DNA of 32,000 nucleotides from Coprobacillaceae bacterium (GTDB lineage: Bacteria > Bacillota_I > Bacilli_A > Erysipelotrichales > Coprobacillaceae): positions 570,001 to 602,000 of the forward strand of contig OY780959.1 in NCBI GenBank assembly GCA_963675915.1, given 5' to 3'. The position numbers were made by a program, and so were the translations under genes. Below the pieces are notes generated by a model that was not told the DNA's origin, did not search any database, and saw only the letters and a list, made by a program, of their open reading frames with translations. This document shows positions 9,072-17,663 of this stretch, in pieces. Position 1 is the first letter of the stretch. Each line of letters opens with the position of its first letter.

Positions 9072-9696
9072 TGAATCCAAAAAGAAAAAGCTGATTGAAA
9101 AACGCAAGAGCAAACTGAGAAAGACCTTCGAGTGGCTGTCAATCGAGAGCCTTGAAGATGATTACGTGGTTCTCAAAGAAAAGAACCAAAACTATTTTGT
9201 TAAAGGAATCAAAGTTGAACCCAAGAACATTTATATGATGAACGACATGGAGCGCAACCAGTTCATTGAATCCCTAACCAGCGCATTTAATAAAATCAAA
9301 TCGAAAATCTATTGGAAGTTCGTCTACAACACCCCAACGTTAGACAGACAGAACGATGAGCTGATCAAACGAATTGAGCAAAGCGACAACCAACGACTCA
9401 ACTACTTAGCCCAACTGTATCTTGATTTCCATGAGTGGTATGTCGATAACTTTTACGAGATTTCATTTTACCTGGTAGTAGTTGAGGAAGAAAAATATCT
9501 CGAGAAGGTATTTGATGATTTGTATAAATATATGAGAAATACCCAGATGGTGGTAAGACCGATGGTAAAGTCGGATTACAAGAATATGATTAAATATGAC
9601 TTTGATAATGATAATATCGATGAGTACTATTTCAGCCGGATGCTCAATTATGAAAGTTATCATTTCAATAATTTATTCAAAGAAAGTGAGGATTGA
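9058..9696 (+). CDS. VirB4 N-terminal-domain-like protein (212 aa) with no ATPase domain
   Basis: GGGAGG RBS at 9048-9053. Lys-rich N-terminus, then TFEWLSIESLEDDYVVLKEKNQNYFVKGIKVEPKNIYMMNDMERNQFIESL, which resembles the N-terminal domain of monoderm VirB4 proteins (TcpF, PrgJ, Tn916 Orf16 type). Confidence 0.6.
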   Translation: MKKINESKKKKLIEKRKSKLRKTFEWLSIESLEDDYVVLKEKNQNYFVKGIKVEPKNIYMMNDMERNQFIESLTSAFNKIKSKIYWKFVYNTPTLDRQNDELIKRIEQSDNQRLNYLAQLYLDFHEWYVDNFYEISFYLVVVEEEKYLEKVFDDLYKYMRNTQMVVRPMVKSDYKNMIKYDFDNDNIDEYYFSRMLNYESYHFNNLFKESED

Positions 9697-9698
9697 TT

Positions 9699-9812
9699 AT
9701 GTATATACCTAATGAGAACTGGGGAGACCTTGAACAAGACGGATACAATGAAGAAGAACTAGATGAAGTATTGTATATTGCGGTCGAAGAATTTGACGAA
9801 GAAGAGGGGTGA
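9699..9812 (+). CDS. Hyper-acidic 37-aa micro-ORF (not in the supplied ORF track)
   Basis: MYIPNENWGDLEQDGYNEEELDEVLYIAVEEFDEEEG has 15 D/E and no K/R/H. GTGAGGA RBS lies 6 nt upstream. Its stop is embedded in the RBS of the next gene. Confidence 0.5.
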   Translation: MYIPNENWGDLEQDGYNEEELDEVLYIAVEEFDEEEG

Positions 9813-9817
9813 GTTAA

Positions 9818-10795
9818 ATGGCTAAGAAACCAAGAAAAACTGATAAGGAGAAATATGAGGATTGGCAAAAGAAGATTGCCGATTTTTTTATCTCCGACCT
9901 GCAAAGAGTTAAGGATGATACTGAGAATGGGATAGAAAATACCCGACTTTCATGGAAAAAGGGTTGGGTTACTTTCATGCAAAAATCGATGGCTAGTGGC
10001 AAGGATTATTCAGGCAGCAATCAGATGCTGCTGACATTGGTGAACTATATCAAGGGTTATACTGATAGCCGCTGGGTCACCTATAATCAGATAATCCAGC
10101 ACAATAAGGAGTGCAACGAAGATGAGAAGTGGAATATCCCCAAAGAAAAGATCAGCGCCAAAGACGGTCATCTGTTTTCAATCCGGTATGTAAGTACCAG
10201 ATACTTGTATGAAAATGATAAAAAATATTATACCAAGAAACAGCGTGACGAAATGCTCAGAAAAAGCAAAGGTCAGATCAAGAAAGACGATTTCAGGGAA
10301 TTTTACAAAATAGGTTATAACAATGTTTACAACGTGAGTATTGTAGATGGAATTGCACCGGAGACAAGCATGGAAGTCGATTTCGATAACCAAGTGGTTG
10401 ACAAGCTAGTTTCCAATTTTTTGAAAGAAACCGGAATAGAATTGATACATGCGCAACAATCCAGCGCTTTTTATGAACCGGCGAGGGATCGGATCTGCCT
10501 TCCACTGCAGTCGAATTTCAATAATGAGCAAGGTTATTATTCGGTATTGCTTCATGAGGTGGGTCATTCGATTGGACATAAGGATAGGTTGAATCGAACC
10601 GGAGTAACCGGGATGGTTGATAAAACTGAATACGCTAGGGAAGAACTGATTGCGGAACTTACCAGCGTTCTATTGAACACCCGGTTCAATATCCATATTG
10701 ATGAAGACTTTGATAACAAGTATAACAACAATCTTGCTTATATTGAAAGCTGGATTCAAATTCTCAATGATGATGTAGCTAGCCATTTTATTTGA
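9818..10795 (+). pseudogene. ardC: ArdC-like antirestriction protein (ssDNA-binding N-domain plus HExxH zincin), 5' part; native sequence ends at 10773 and the last 7 codons plus the stop come from the transposon end
   Basis: WKKGWVTFMQ...YSGSNQMLL...RWVTYNQI (ArdC-N). LLHEVGHSIGHKDRLNR...YAREELIAELTSVLL (metallopeptidase). The frame is broken by the insertion at 10774. Confidence 0.8.
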
Positions 10796-10797
10796 TG
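10774..10797. repeat. Transposon left terminal inverted repeat TGTAGCTAGCCATTTTATTTGATG
   Basis: Matches the reverse complement of 14063-14086 at 22 of 24 positions. Confidence 0.85.
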
Positions 10798-10981
10798 CCA
10801 TCTAACCATAATCTAGTCATAATAAATAAAGGTCAATTCCAAATAATTTGATGAATTTTTCTTCAAATTGCTTGAGATTGACCTTTTGCTTTGTTATTTT
10901 ATTGGTAATAAATCTAGAGAAAGAAAAAATGAGAGACGCCACCACCAAGCAGTTTCTCTCATTTGCCATATAGACAAGAAT

Positions 10982-11536
10982 ATGATAACGTATCACGGAG
11001 TAAAAATCAATAATAAATTGATGAAGATTGATTCGCGGGCCAAACTCCAGGCCTATTATAATGAATTGGTTTCCAATATCAATCGTTTTTCCTTGAGTTG
11101 CGCTGGTGACTGCCAGGGCAATTTCATAATTCATGGTTATTATAACCGAAGGGTGAAACTGCCTTTTGGCTTTTTTAATTTGAGAATAATGCGGCTAAGA
11201 TGTAAGGATTGTGGCAGAACCCACGCAATTCTTCTTTCATGTTTGGTTCCATATTCAAGTATCCCGTTGGCTGTTCAAGTTGAGATTTCCATACATAAAA
11301 ATAATCAGAAACTATTAAAAGCCATTCTTGATCGAAATCCCTATATGTCTGAGTGTGAAATTTATAATGTTGTGAGCAGGTATATCAATGTTTGGCAGCA
11401 ACGTTTGATGTCGTTGAGAATTGAATCAAATGATATTAACCAACTTGTTGAAAGTTGTTTTTCAAATTATTTGATGCAGTTCATGCAATGTAGAAATACC
11501 ATAAATATCCTGTATACCATCAACCACATAGGATGA
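10982..11536 (+). CDS. Transposon-encoded zinc-ribbon protein (DUF6431-like); start uncertain
   Basis: Four Cys arranged C-x3-C ... C-x2-C (SCAGDCQGN...RCKDCGRTHAILLSCLVPY). It lies directly upstream of the transposase. The track start at 10868 is TTG inside the end repeats, so the first in-frame ATG was chosen. Confidence 0.5.
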   Translation: MITYHGVKINNKLMKIDSRAKLQAYYNELVSNINRFSLSCAGDCQGNFIIHGYYNRRVKLPFGFFNLRIMRLRCKDCGRTHAILLSCLVPYSSIPLAVQVEISIHKNNQKLLKAILDRNPYMSECEIYNVVSRYINVWQQRLMSLRIESNDINQLVESCFSNYLMQFMQCRNTINILYTINHIG

Positions 11537-11584
11537 GTTAAATAATCGATTCTATTAGTATATAGTGGGTGACGGAGGTATTAT

Positions 11585-12832
11585 ATGGATAAAAAAGAAC
11601 AAGAATACGTAGCGTTGATGCGCCATCGGATCATTCATGACATCATTACCGGAAATTATGATGCTGCATGGTCTAAGAATCAGGCGATTACGGAAGCTAC
11701 CAAGAAAGTCTATAAGAGTTTCGACAACCGTGATTTCACTGTCTCAAGCAGTACCATCTCCAGATGGATTGCTGCTTACGAAGAAAAAGGCTTCGATGGA
11801 TTGATTCCTCAAAAGCGGAGTGATTGTGGCAAGTCAAGAAGACTGGATGATGACATCGTTGAAACAATCAAATATTATAAGACAACCTATCCTAGATTGC
11901 CGGCAACTGTAATTTACGGCAAGTTGATTGAAAAGGGAATCATCAAGAAAACTGATGTTTCGCTATCAACCGTTAATCGATGTGTCAATCAGATAAAGTC
12001 GGAATTGCGTCTATCAAACAAGAAAGACATGCGCCGCTACGAAGTGCCCCATATCAATATGAACTGGGCTGGTGACAGTTCGGTCGGTCCTTACATAACC
12101 ATTAATGGCAAGAAAAACCGAACTTATATGATTGCCCTGATTGATGATGCTTCAAGGATGATCGTCCATCTTGATTTGTATTTGAATGACAACACAGTCA
12201 ATTTGATGGATACTATGAAAAGTGCGGTCACCAAATACGGAATTCCTGAGATGTTCAGGTTTGACAACGGCTCCAATTATCGAAATCACCAGATCAAGAT
12301 GATTGCAGCAAGGATTAATTCAACCATCAGCTACTGCAAACCGTACTCGCCGGAAGGAAAATCAAAAATTGAGCGGGTGTTTCGGACGATTAAAGATCAG
12401 TTCTTCGCCCAAATAAACATAAAAGATTACACAAACAATCTAGAAGGTTTGAAGCAGGATTTAAGCCAGTTCATCAATGATTACAACAACAAGGTGCATT
12501 CGTCTTTGAATGGATTGACACCTCATCAACGTTTTTTTCAGGAAAGCAATCTGATCAAAAGGCTTGATGATGACTTTATCGACAATACTTTCCTGTTCGA
12601 AGTAGAGCGGTCTGTCAGTACTGATTCGGTAATCAAAATAGATAATCGGGAATACGAGATTGATTATATCTATTCTGGTGAAAGGCATATGTTCCGATAT
12701 ACTCCGGACTTGGAAAACGTCTATATAGTTAACAAGAATACCGGCGAACTGGAACGGATTCACCTACTTGATAAAAACGCTAATTCAAAAGTAAAACGAG
12801 TGCAGCCAAAATTATGCGGAGGAGAAGATTAA
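11585..12832 (+). CDS. DDE (rve-type, Mu/TnsB/TniA-like) transposase
   Basis: GGAGG RBS. N-terminal HTH. Catalytic candidates are WAGDSS, RFDNGSNY and PEGKSKIERVF. The C-terminal segment VIKIDNREYEIDY is Mu-transposase-C-like. Confidence 0.85.
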   Translation: MDKKEQEYVALMRHRIIHDIITGNYDAAWSKNQAITEATKKVYKSFDNRDFTVSSSTISRWIAAYEEKGFDGLIPQKRSDCGKSRRLDDDIVETIKYYKTTYPRLPATVIYGKLIEKGIIKKTDVSLSTVNRCVNQIKSELRLSNKKDMRRYEVPHINMNWAGDSSVGPYITINGKKNRTYMIALIDDASRMIVHLDLYLNDNTVNLMDTMKSAVTKYGIPEMFRFDNGSNYRNHQIKMIAARINSTISYCKPYSPEGKSKIERVFRTIKDQFFAQINIKDYTNNLEGLKQDLSQFINDYNNKVHSSLNGLTPHQRFFQESNLIKRLDDDFIDNTFLFEVERSVSTDSVIKIDNREYEIDYIYSGERHMFRYTPDLENVYIVNKNTGELERIHLLDKNANSKVKRVQPKLCGGED

Positions 12833-13635
12833 TGGAAAAATATTGGACCAGATACGGATTGGAATTCAATCCGTTTATCAAGAACTCAAAGAATTTATTT
12901 ATTGAAACAAGTGAATACCAGGAATTGAAAGTACGCCTTAACAGCCTTTTTGAAATCAAAGGTTTCGGACTAATAGTCGGTGAACCTGGACATGGCAAAA
13001 CAACCATGATCAGGAACTATATCAAAACACTCCCCAAATCAGCTTACAAGATAATTTATTTGTCAATGTCGACCCTTACAGTCAAGGAATTCTATATGCA
13101 ACTGGCTGAGTCGCTGGATTTGACTCCTCGGTATCGAAAGAATGATCTGTTCAGGGAGATCCAATCAGCCATAAACCAGTTGATTTACGAAAAAAGGATT
13201 ACCCCGGTGTTTATCTTTGATGAATGTAATTACATGAATAACGCCATTCTTAATGATTTGAAGATGATCTTCAATTTTGATATGGATTCCAAGGATCATG
13301 CGGTAGTCTTGATGGTCGGATTGCCGACAATAACCAGGAACCTTAAATTGACCGCTCATGAACCACTGCGTCAGCGAATGATTATCAATTACAAACTGGA
13401 GCCGTTAAACAAAACTGAAAGTCTTGCTTATATCAAAGACAAGCTCCAAGGCGGAAAAACAATTCAAGAAGTGTTCAACGACAATGCCATTGAAGCAATC
13501 ATCAATGCATCCAACGGCACCTGTCGGGTTATTGATCGGATATGCGACCGGGCAATGTTTATCGGAGCAATCAGAAAAATCGAAGTAATTGATTCCGATT
13601 TAATCCTAGAAACAATCGAAGAGGTAGTAATTTGA
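12832..13635 (+). CDS. AAA+ transposition ATPase (TniB, TnsC or Tn552 p271-like)
   Basis: TAATG overlap with the transposase. GGAGGAG RBS. Walker A GEPGHGKTT. Walker B VFIFDECN. Confidence 0.8.
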   Translation: MEKYWTRYGLEFNPFIKNSKNLFIETSEYQELKVRLNSLFEIKGFGLIVGEPGHGKTTMIRNYIKTLPKSAYKIIYLSMSTLTVKEFYMQLAESLDLTPRYRKNDLFREIQSAINQLIYEKRITPVFIFDECNYMNNAILNDLKMIFNFDMDSKDHAVVLMVGLPTITRNLKLTAHEPLRQRMIINYKLEPLNKTESLAYIKDKLQGGKTIQEVFNDNAIEAIINASNGTCRVIDRICDRAMFIGAIRKIEVIDSDLILETIEEVVI

Positions 13636-13940
13636 TAATCGAATACTTCTGCAACTATGATGAAAAAACATGGGCCAACGAGATAGTAATAGTCTCGCAA
13701 AACCCAGATAAGTGTGAATTCCAGCTAAGATATGACGGCAATGAAATCGAAGTGATAGTAGGTAAATCAGCCAAAGGAAACTGGATTTGCATCCCGTTGA
13801 TGAAGCTGGGACTGGAACTATCATATTTCAAAGACAAATTTTGGAACAAGTCAGCTCTATTGCGCGAGATAGATCCAATCAGCAGCGAAGCCATATCACA
13901 AGCCATCTACAAATTAAACGAGTCAGGGATAATCGTCTAA
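13632..13940 (+). CDS. Transposon-encoded small protein (102 aa), unknown function; probable TTG start
   Basis: It overlaps the ATPase stop by 4 nt (TTGA). GAGG lies 7 nt upstream. No recognisable motif. Confidence 0.4.
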   Translation: MIIEYFCNYDEKTWANEIVIVSQNPDKCEFQLRYDGNEIEVIVGKSAKGNWICIPLMKLGLELSYFKDKFWNKSALLREIDPISSEAISQAIYKLNESGIIV

Positions 13941-14062
13941 CAGGCGATTATTTTCTTTCTCCTCTAAAACATCATTTCAAATAAACTGAATATCCCATTC
14001 AATTAATTTGAAGAACATCAAAAAAGGACCAAAAGAAGGCCCATATAATTTGAAGAATCATC

Positions 14063-14086
14063 CATCAAATAAATTGACTAGCTACA
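14063..14086. repeat. Transposon right terminal inverted repeat (CATCAAATAAATTGACTAGCTACA)
   Basis: Reverse complement TGTAGCTAGTCAATTTATTTGATG compared with the left end. Confidence 0.85.
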
Positions 14087-14543
14087 TGATGACCCAGGGA
14101 TCTTGATGGAGAGTTTAGACAAAGCCCTTGAAGGCTATAGCTACTTTTTAGAACATAGTGGCTTTGAACTTTATCAGGAATATTTTGATAACAATATTCA
14201 AGATGAACTGGCAGCAGCTAAAAAAGTGGTCCTGGAGTATTTGAATGATGAGTTCGATCAAATCCATACCAATGAAGTATTCAAGGATTTGGAACACGTC
14301 GGTGTTGCATTTACCACCACTGAAGACAGTGATCGGGAGATTCAGATAGAGGTGGACCTTAAAAATTTCAAACTTAATCGATACCTGGATAGCGAATTGA
14401 TTGAATCAGTAAAATTTGAAAGTTTAAGTGAGATGTCTGAAAAGTGTTTAAGTGCTCTCGATTTTTCGGATTTAACGTATATCGATGAAGGCATAACAAA
14501 AAAAAATAACTTCATCCATAATTCGATTCGAGATATTATCTAG
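14087..14543 (+). pseudogene. ardC: 3' part of the interrupted ArdC-like gene
   Basis: Removing 10774-14092 (the element plus one TSD copy) joins ...ESWIQILNDD to PGILMESLDKALEGYSYFLEHSG... in frame, open to 14543. Confidence 0.75.
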
Positions 14544-14712
14544 CATTGCCCTATGCACTAAAGGGGTGGTAAGTAATATATTTCAAAATAACGTAGCACA
14601 TAATAATTAAGAATTTCTTAAGATTGTATGGGTTGCCGGATATCACCTCAATCTATCGTTAGAATCGTAATATCCAAGTGTATCAGCCTCGAGTGATCCA
14701 GGTAATAAAAAA

Positions 14713-14741
14713 TTGACAATATGGCATATATGCCATATAAT
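14713..14741 (+). promoter_or_regulatory. Consensus sigma-A promoter (TTGACA, 17 nt spacer, TATAAT) with a 20-bp perfect palindromic operator (14719-14738)
   Basis: TTGACA at 14713-14718 and TATAAT at 14736-14741. ATATGGCATATATGCCATAT fills the spacer and overlaps the -10 element. It lies directly upstream of the TA pair. Confidence 0.65.
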
Positions 14742-14763
14742 GGAAATGGAGATATAGTATATA

Positions 14764-15129
14764 ATGGCAAGTAAAAAATTTGAAGTTGTTTTCTATGAGA
14801 CTGCAGACAAGCAGTGTCCGGTTGAAGAATTTATGATTGGCTTGGAGCCAAAGATGCGGGCCAAATTGGCAGGTATTCTTAAAATACTGCAAGACACTGG
14901 ACCGCTATTACGGGAACCGTATAGCAAAGCTTTAGGAGATGGTATTTTTGAAGTCAGAGGAAAAGTTGGTAGTAACATCACCAGGGTATTGTATTTCTTC
15001 TATTACGACGGAAAAATAGTTCTTACCAATGGATTTGTCAAGAAAACGAGCAAAACGCCAAAAAGAGAAATAGTTCTTGCCAAGAAATATCGCAAAGATT
15101 ATCAGGAAAGGTATGGTAACAAGAAATGA
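14764..15129 (+). CDS. Type II toxin, RelE/ParE superfamily (HigB or phage Gp49-like)
   Basis: 121 aa. ...EFMIGLEPKMRAKLAGILKILQDTGPLLREPYSKALGDGIFEVR...RVLYFFYYDGKIVLTNGFVKKTSKTPKREI. It overlaps the downstream HTH gene by 4 nt. Confidence 0.75.
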   Translation: MASKKFEVVFYETADKQCPVEEFMIGLEPKMRAKLAGILKILQDTGPLLREPYSKALGDGIFEVRGKVGSNITRVLYFFYYDGKIVLTNGFVKKTSKTPKREIVLAKKYRKDYQERYGNKK

Positions 15130-15407
15130 AAACTTTGGATAAATTTTTCGATGAACAAATGAAAGATGAAGATTTTCGAAATGAATATGAAAACCTGCAA
15201 CCTGAATTTGATATTATAAGAGCAATTGTGGATGCCAGGACTAGTCTGAATTTGACTCAAAAAGAGTTGGCCAAGATTACTGGAATCAATCAGTCTGATA
15301 TCAGCAAAATTGAAAACGGGACCAGGAATCCCAGCTTAAATATGTTGAAAAGATTGGCAGCGGGTATGAATATGAATCTAGAATTAAAATTTGTACCTAA
15401 AAAATAG
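15126..15407 (+). CDS. XRE-family HTH antitoxin (HigA-like)
   Basis: LTQKELAKITGINQSDISKIENGTRNPSLNMLKRLAAGMN is a canonical XRE HTH. Toxin-first gene order as in higBA. Confidence 0.75.
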   Translation: MKTLDKFFDEQMKDEDFRNEYENLQPEFDIIRAIVDARTSLNLTQKELAKITGINQSDISKIENGTRNPSLNMLKRLAAGMNMNLELKFVPKK

Positions 15408-15461
15408 TTCAATAAATTCATCATAAATGCGATGCTTAATATAGGCTCAATAGCAAACGCT

Positions 15462-15491
15462 AAAAAAATGCAGATGAAACTGCATTTTTTT
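15462..15491. terminator. Bidirectional Rho-independent terminator between convergent genes
   Basis: AAAAAAATGCAG, loop ATGAAA, CTGCATTTTTTT. Confidence 0.7.
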
Positions 15492-15614
15492 GCCTTAAAC
15501 TATAAAGAATATCGAGCTTGTTTGAAAAAGGAAAATGTACATGTCAAATATGGTACAAACTCAGATAATGTAAAAGTTGCTTAATTATCCATGTAACTAT
15601 TAGAACTGGCCGAA

Positions 15615-16451
15615 TTAGAAATATTTTCTTAGAGTATGGGCAATTCCATCTTCTTCGTTGGATAGAGTTATTTCATTGGCTATGGATTTCAAATCATCAA
15701 CTGCATTGGCCATTGCAACACCGATACCAGCATATTCAACCATCGATGCATCATTATGGCCATCACCAAAGGCAATCATTTGGTCACGATTATATCCCAT
15801 CGGTATTAGAACAGTGTCTAAAGCTTTTGCCTTGTCAATTCCGTTTGCGGTAAATTCAAAATAAAATGCGCCCGTGAACATACAATTGAGATTATCTTTG
15901 AATGGTTCTGCCATCGCTTGATAATTGTCAAGCAGGTACTCAGGATCACCGGCTGTTAAAATCTTGTTCAATGGATAATCGGCAAATTTTGCCAAATCAT
16001 CGATTTCACAAAGTTTAAATTTACCGCCACGTGATTCGTATTTGATTACATTGAAAGGTTCCCCTTTGACGTTGATGTGACAATCGAACACATTATTAAC
16101 AAACATATATTCGTCCTTGTCAATCATCGGTTTAACATTGAATTTCTTCATATGTTCCAAAACTTCCTGCCCCTGGGCAACTCTCATAGTTTCATTAAAT
16201 AGAATTTCATTGGTTTGACAGTTAATGACTTTTGAACCATTGAAACTTACTAGTAGACCATCATTTTTGTCCATTTCCAATTCCTTGGCAAAATCCACCA
16301 ATCCCGAAGTTGGTCTTCCTGATGCAAGAATAAGTTTAGAACCTTTGTTTTGCGCTTCAATTAGTGCTTTCTTGGTTTCTGGTGTAATGATTTTATCACT
16401 GTTAGTCAGAGTGCCATCTACGTCCAGTATTATCACTTTGATTTCTTTCAT
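15615..16451 (-). CDS. Cof-type HAD-IIB sugar phosphatase
   Basis: GAGGAGG RBS. IILDVDGTLTN...ASGRPTSG...FGDGHNDASM motifs. Confidence 0.85.
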   Translation of the reverse strand: MKEIKVIILDVDGTLTNSDKIITPETKKALIEAQNKGSKLILASGRPTSGLVDFAKELEMDKNDGLLVSFNGSKVINCQTNEILFNETMRVAQGQEVLEHMKKFNVKPMIDKDEYMFVNNVFDCHINVKGEPFNVIKYESRGGKFKLCEIDDLAKFADYPLNKILTAGDPEYLLDNYQAMAEPFKDNLNCMFTGAFYFEFTANGIDKAKALDTVLIPMGYNRDQMIAFGDGHNDASMVEYAGIGVAMANAVDDLKSIANEITLSNEEDGIAHTLRKYF

Positions 16452-16654
16452 TTGTGTTCCTCCTCTTACAACTGAATCATACCAGTTATTTTGGAAAAGT
16501 ATATACGGTGAAATGGAGTTGAAAAGTATTTCTCAAAAATTGATGGAATAATTGAATGAAATTGATAATTACTTTTCGATTGAGCTATCAAAAGAAAAGT
16601 ATGTAATAAAGTATGATAGTATTTTAGATATAAAATCATGTAAGGAGAAATTAA

Positions 16655-17488
16655 ATGGGTAAAATTATTTTTATTGATGTTGATGGAACGCTATTAAACT
16701 ATGAGAATAAGCTTCCAAAATCTGCTGAGGCGGCGATAAAATCAGCTCGAAAAAATGGTCATAGAGTTTACATCTGTACCGGGAGATCTCGAGCTGAGGT
16801 CTATCCGTATCTGTGGGATATTGGATTGGATGGTATGATTGGTGGAAATGGAAGTTATGTTGAAGATGAGGGTAATGTGGTTATGCATCAGCTTATATCG
16901 AAGGAACAGGCTAAACACATTGTTGATTGGCTCCTGGATCGAAAACTTGAATTTTATTTGGAAAGTAATAATGGTCTTTTCGCGAGCGAAAACTTTGAAA
17001 CTCGCGGTGAACCAGTTATGCAAGAATACTCAAGAAGGAAAGGAAAAGAAAATGCCAACAAACTCACTGTCAAAGATATCTATCCTGAGATGATCTACGG
17101 CGGGGAACTTTACCGGGATGATTTGAATAAGGTGAGTTTCATTCTTGAAAGCTATCAGGATCATCTTGATTCAATCGCTGAGTTTCCGGATCTGAAGCCT
17201 GGGACCTGGGGCGGTGTCGGAGAGATTGCATTGTTTGGTGACCTGGGGGTAAAAGACATCACCAAAGCGAATGCCATTAACCATCTCTTAGTTTACTTGG
17301 ATGCTGATCTTGAAGATACGATTGCCTTTGGGGATGCAAAAATTGATATCCCAATGCTGGAATATTGTAAAGTTGGAGTTGCAATGGGAAGTGGTGGTGA
17401 TGAAATAAAATCAATGGCTGATTATGTCACCGATGGTGTTGACGAAGATGGGTTGTACAATGCTTTTGTCCATCTCGGGCTGATTTGA
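16655..17488 (+). CDS. Cof-type HAD-IIB hydrolase
   Basis: AAGGAG RBS. IFIDVDGTLLN...CTGRSRAE...FGDAKIDIPM motifs. Confidence 0.8.
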   Translation: MGKIIFIDVDGTLLNYENKLPKSAEAAIKSARKNGHRVYICTGRSRAEVYPYLWDIGLDGMIGGNGSYVEDEGNVVMHQLISKEQAKHIVDWLLDRKLEFYLESNNGLFASENFETRGEPVMQEYSRRKGKENANKLTVKDIYPEMIYGGELYRDDLNKVSFILESYQDHLDSIAEFPDLKPGTWGGVGEIALFGDLGVKDITKANAINHLLVYLDADLEDTIAFGDAKIDIPMLEYCKVGVAMGSGGDEIKSMADYVTDGVDEDGLYNAFVHLGLI

Positions 17489-17663
17489 AATTGAATCGGT
17501 ATTAATCAAAAATATAATGATTAATATTTGCTCTATTGTCTTGATTTGCAATGGGGCTTTTTATTATTTCATTTTTCAATAATTCAAAATATCTGATTCT
17601 CGTGATGCCGTAGTAGTATAATAAAATATATATTTGAGGAATTTTAGAAAAGGGGTAATATCA

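Larger units (their letters stand above)
10774..14086 (+). mobile_element. 3313-bp Tn552/Tn7-like (TnsB/TniA plus TniB-type ATPase) transposon with TGT...ACA termini, flanked by a 6-bp TSD TGATGA (10768-10773 and 14087-14092)
   Basis: Terminal inverted repeats match at 22 of 24 positions. The subterminal 11-mer TTCTTCAAATT occurs at 10859-10869 and, inverted, at 14005-14015 and 14047-14057. The element encodes a DDE transposase and an AAA+ partner. Confidence 0.85.

Noticed and set aside
10817-11134. 105-aa minus-strand ORF across the transposon left end, and the TTG-started 5' extension (10868-10981) of the zinc-ribbon ORF
   Set aside because: Both lie over the subterminal transposase-binding repeats. 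There is no RBS. The zinc-ribbon family logic begins downstream, so the first in-frame ATG was preferred.
13655-13984. Overlapping ORFs 13655-13906 (minus strand) and 13787-13984 (plus strand) in the transposon right arm
   Set aside because: They overlap the better-supported 13632-13940 ORF and the end repeats. They have no RBS and an arbitrary composition.
14600-14625. Small palindrome TTAAGAATTTCTTAA and nearby GGATAT...ATATCC inverted repeat, considered as a possible boundary of the TA cargo insertion
   Set aside because: They are AT-rich and short, with no matching partner at the other side of the module. They cannot be distinguished from chance.
16225-16551. 108-aa + strand ORF antisense to the first HAD gene
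   Set aside because: It lies inside a confidently identified HAD-IIB gene on the opposite strand and has no RBS.
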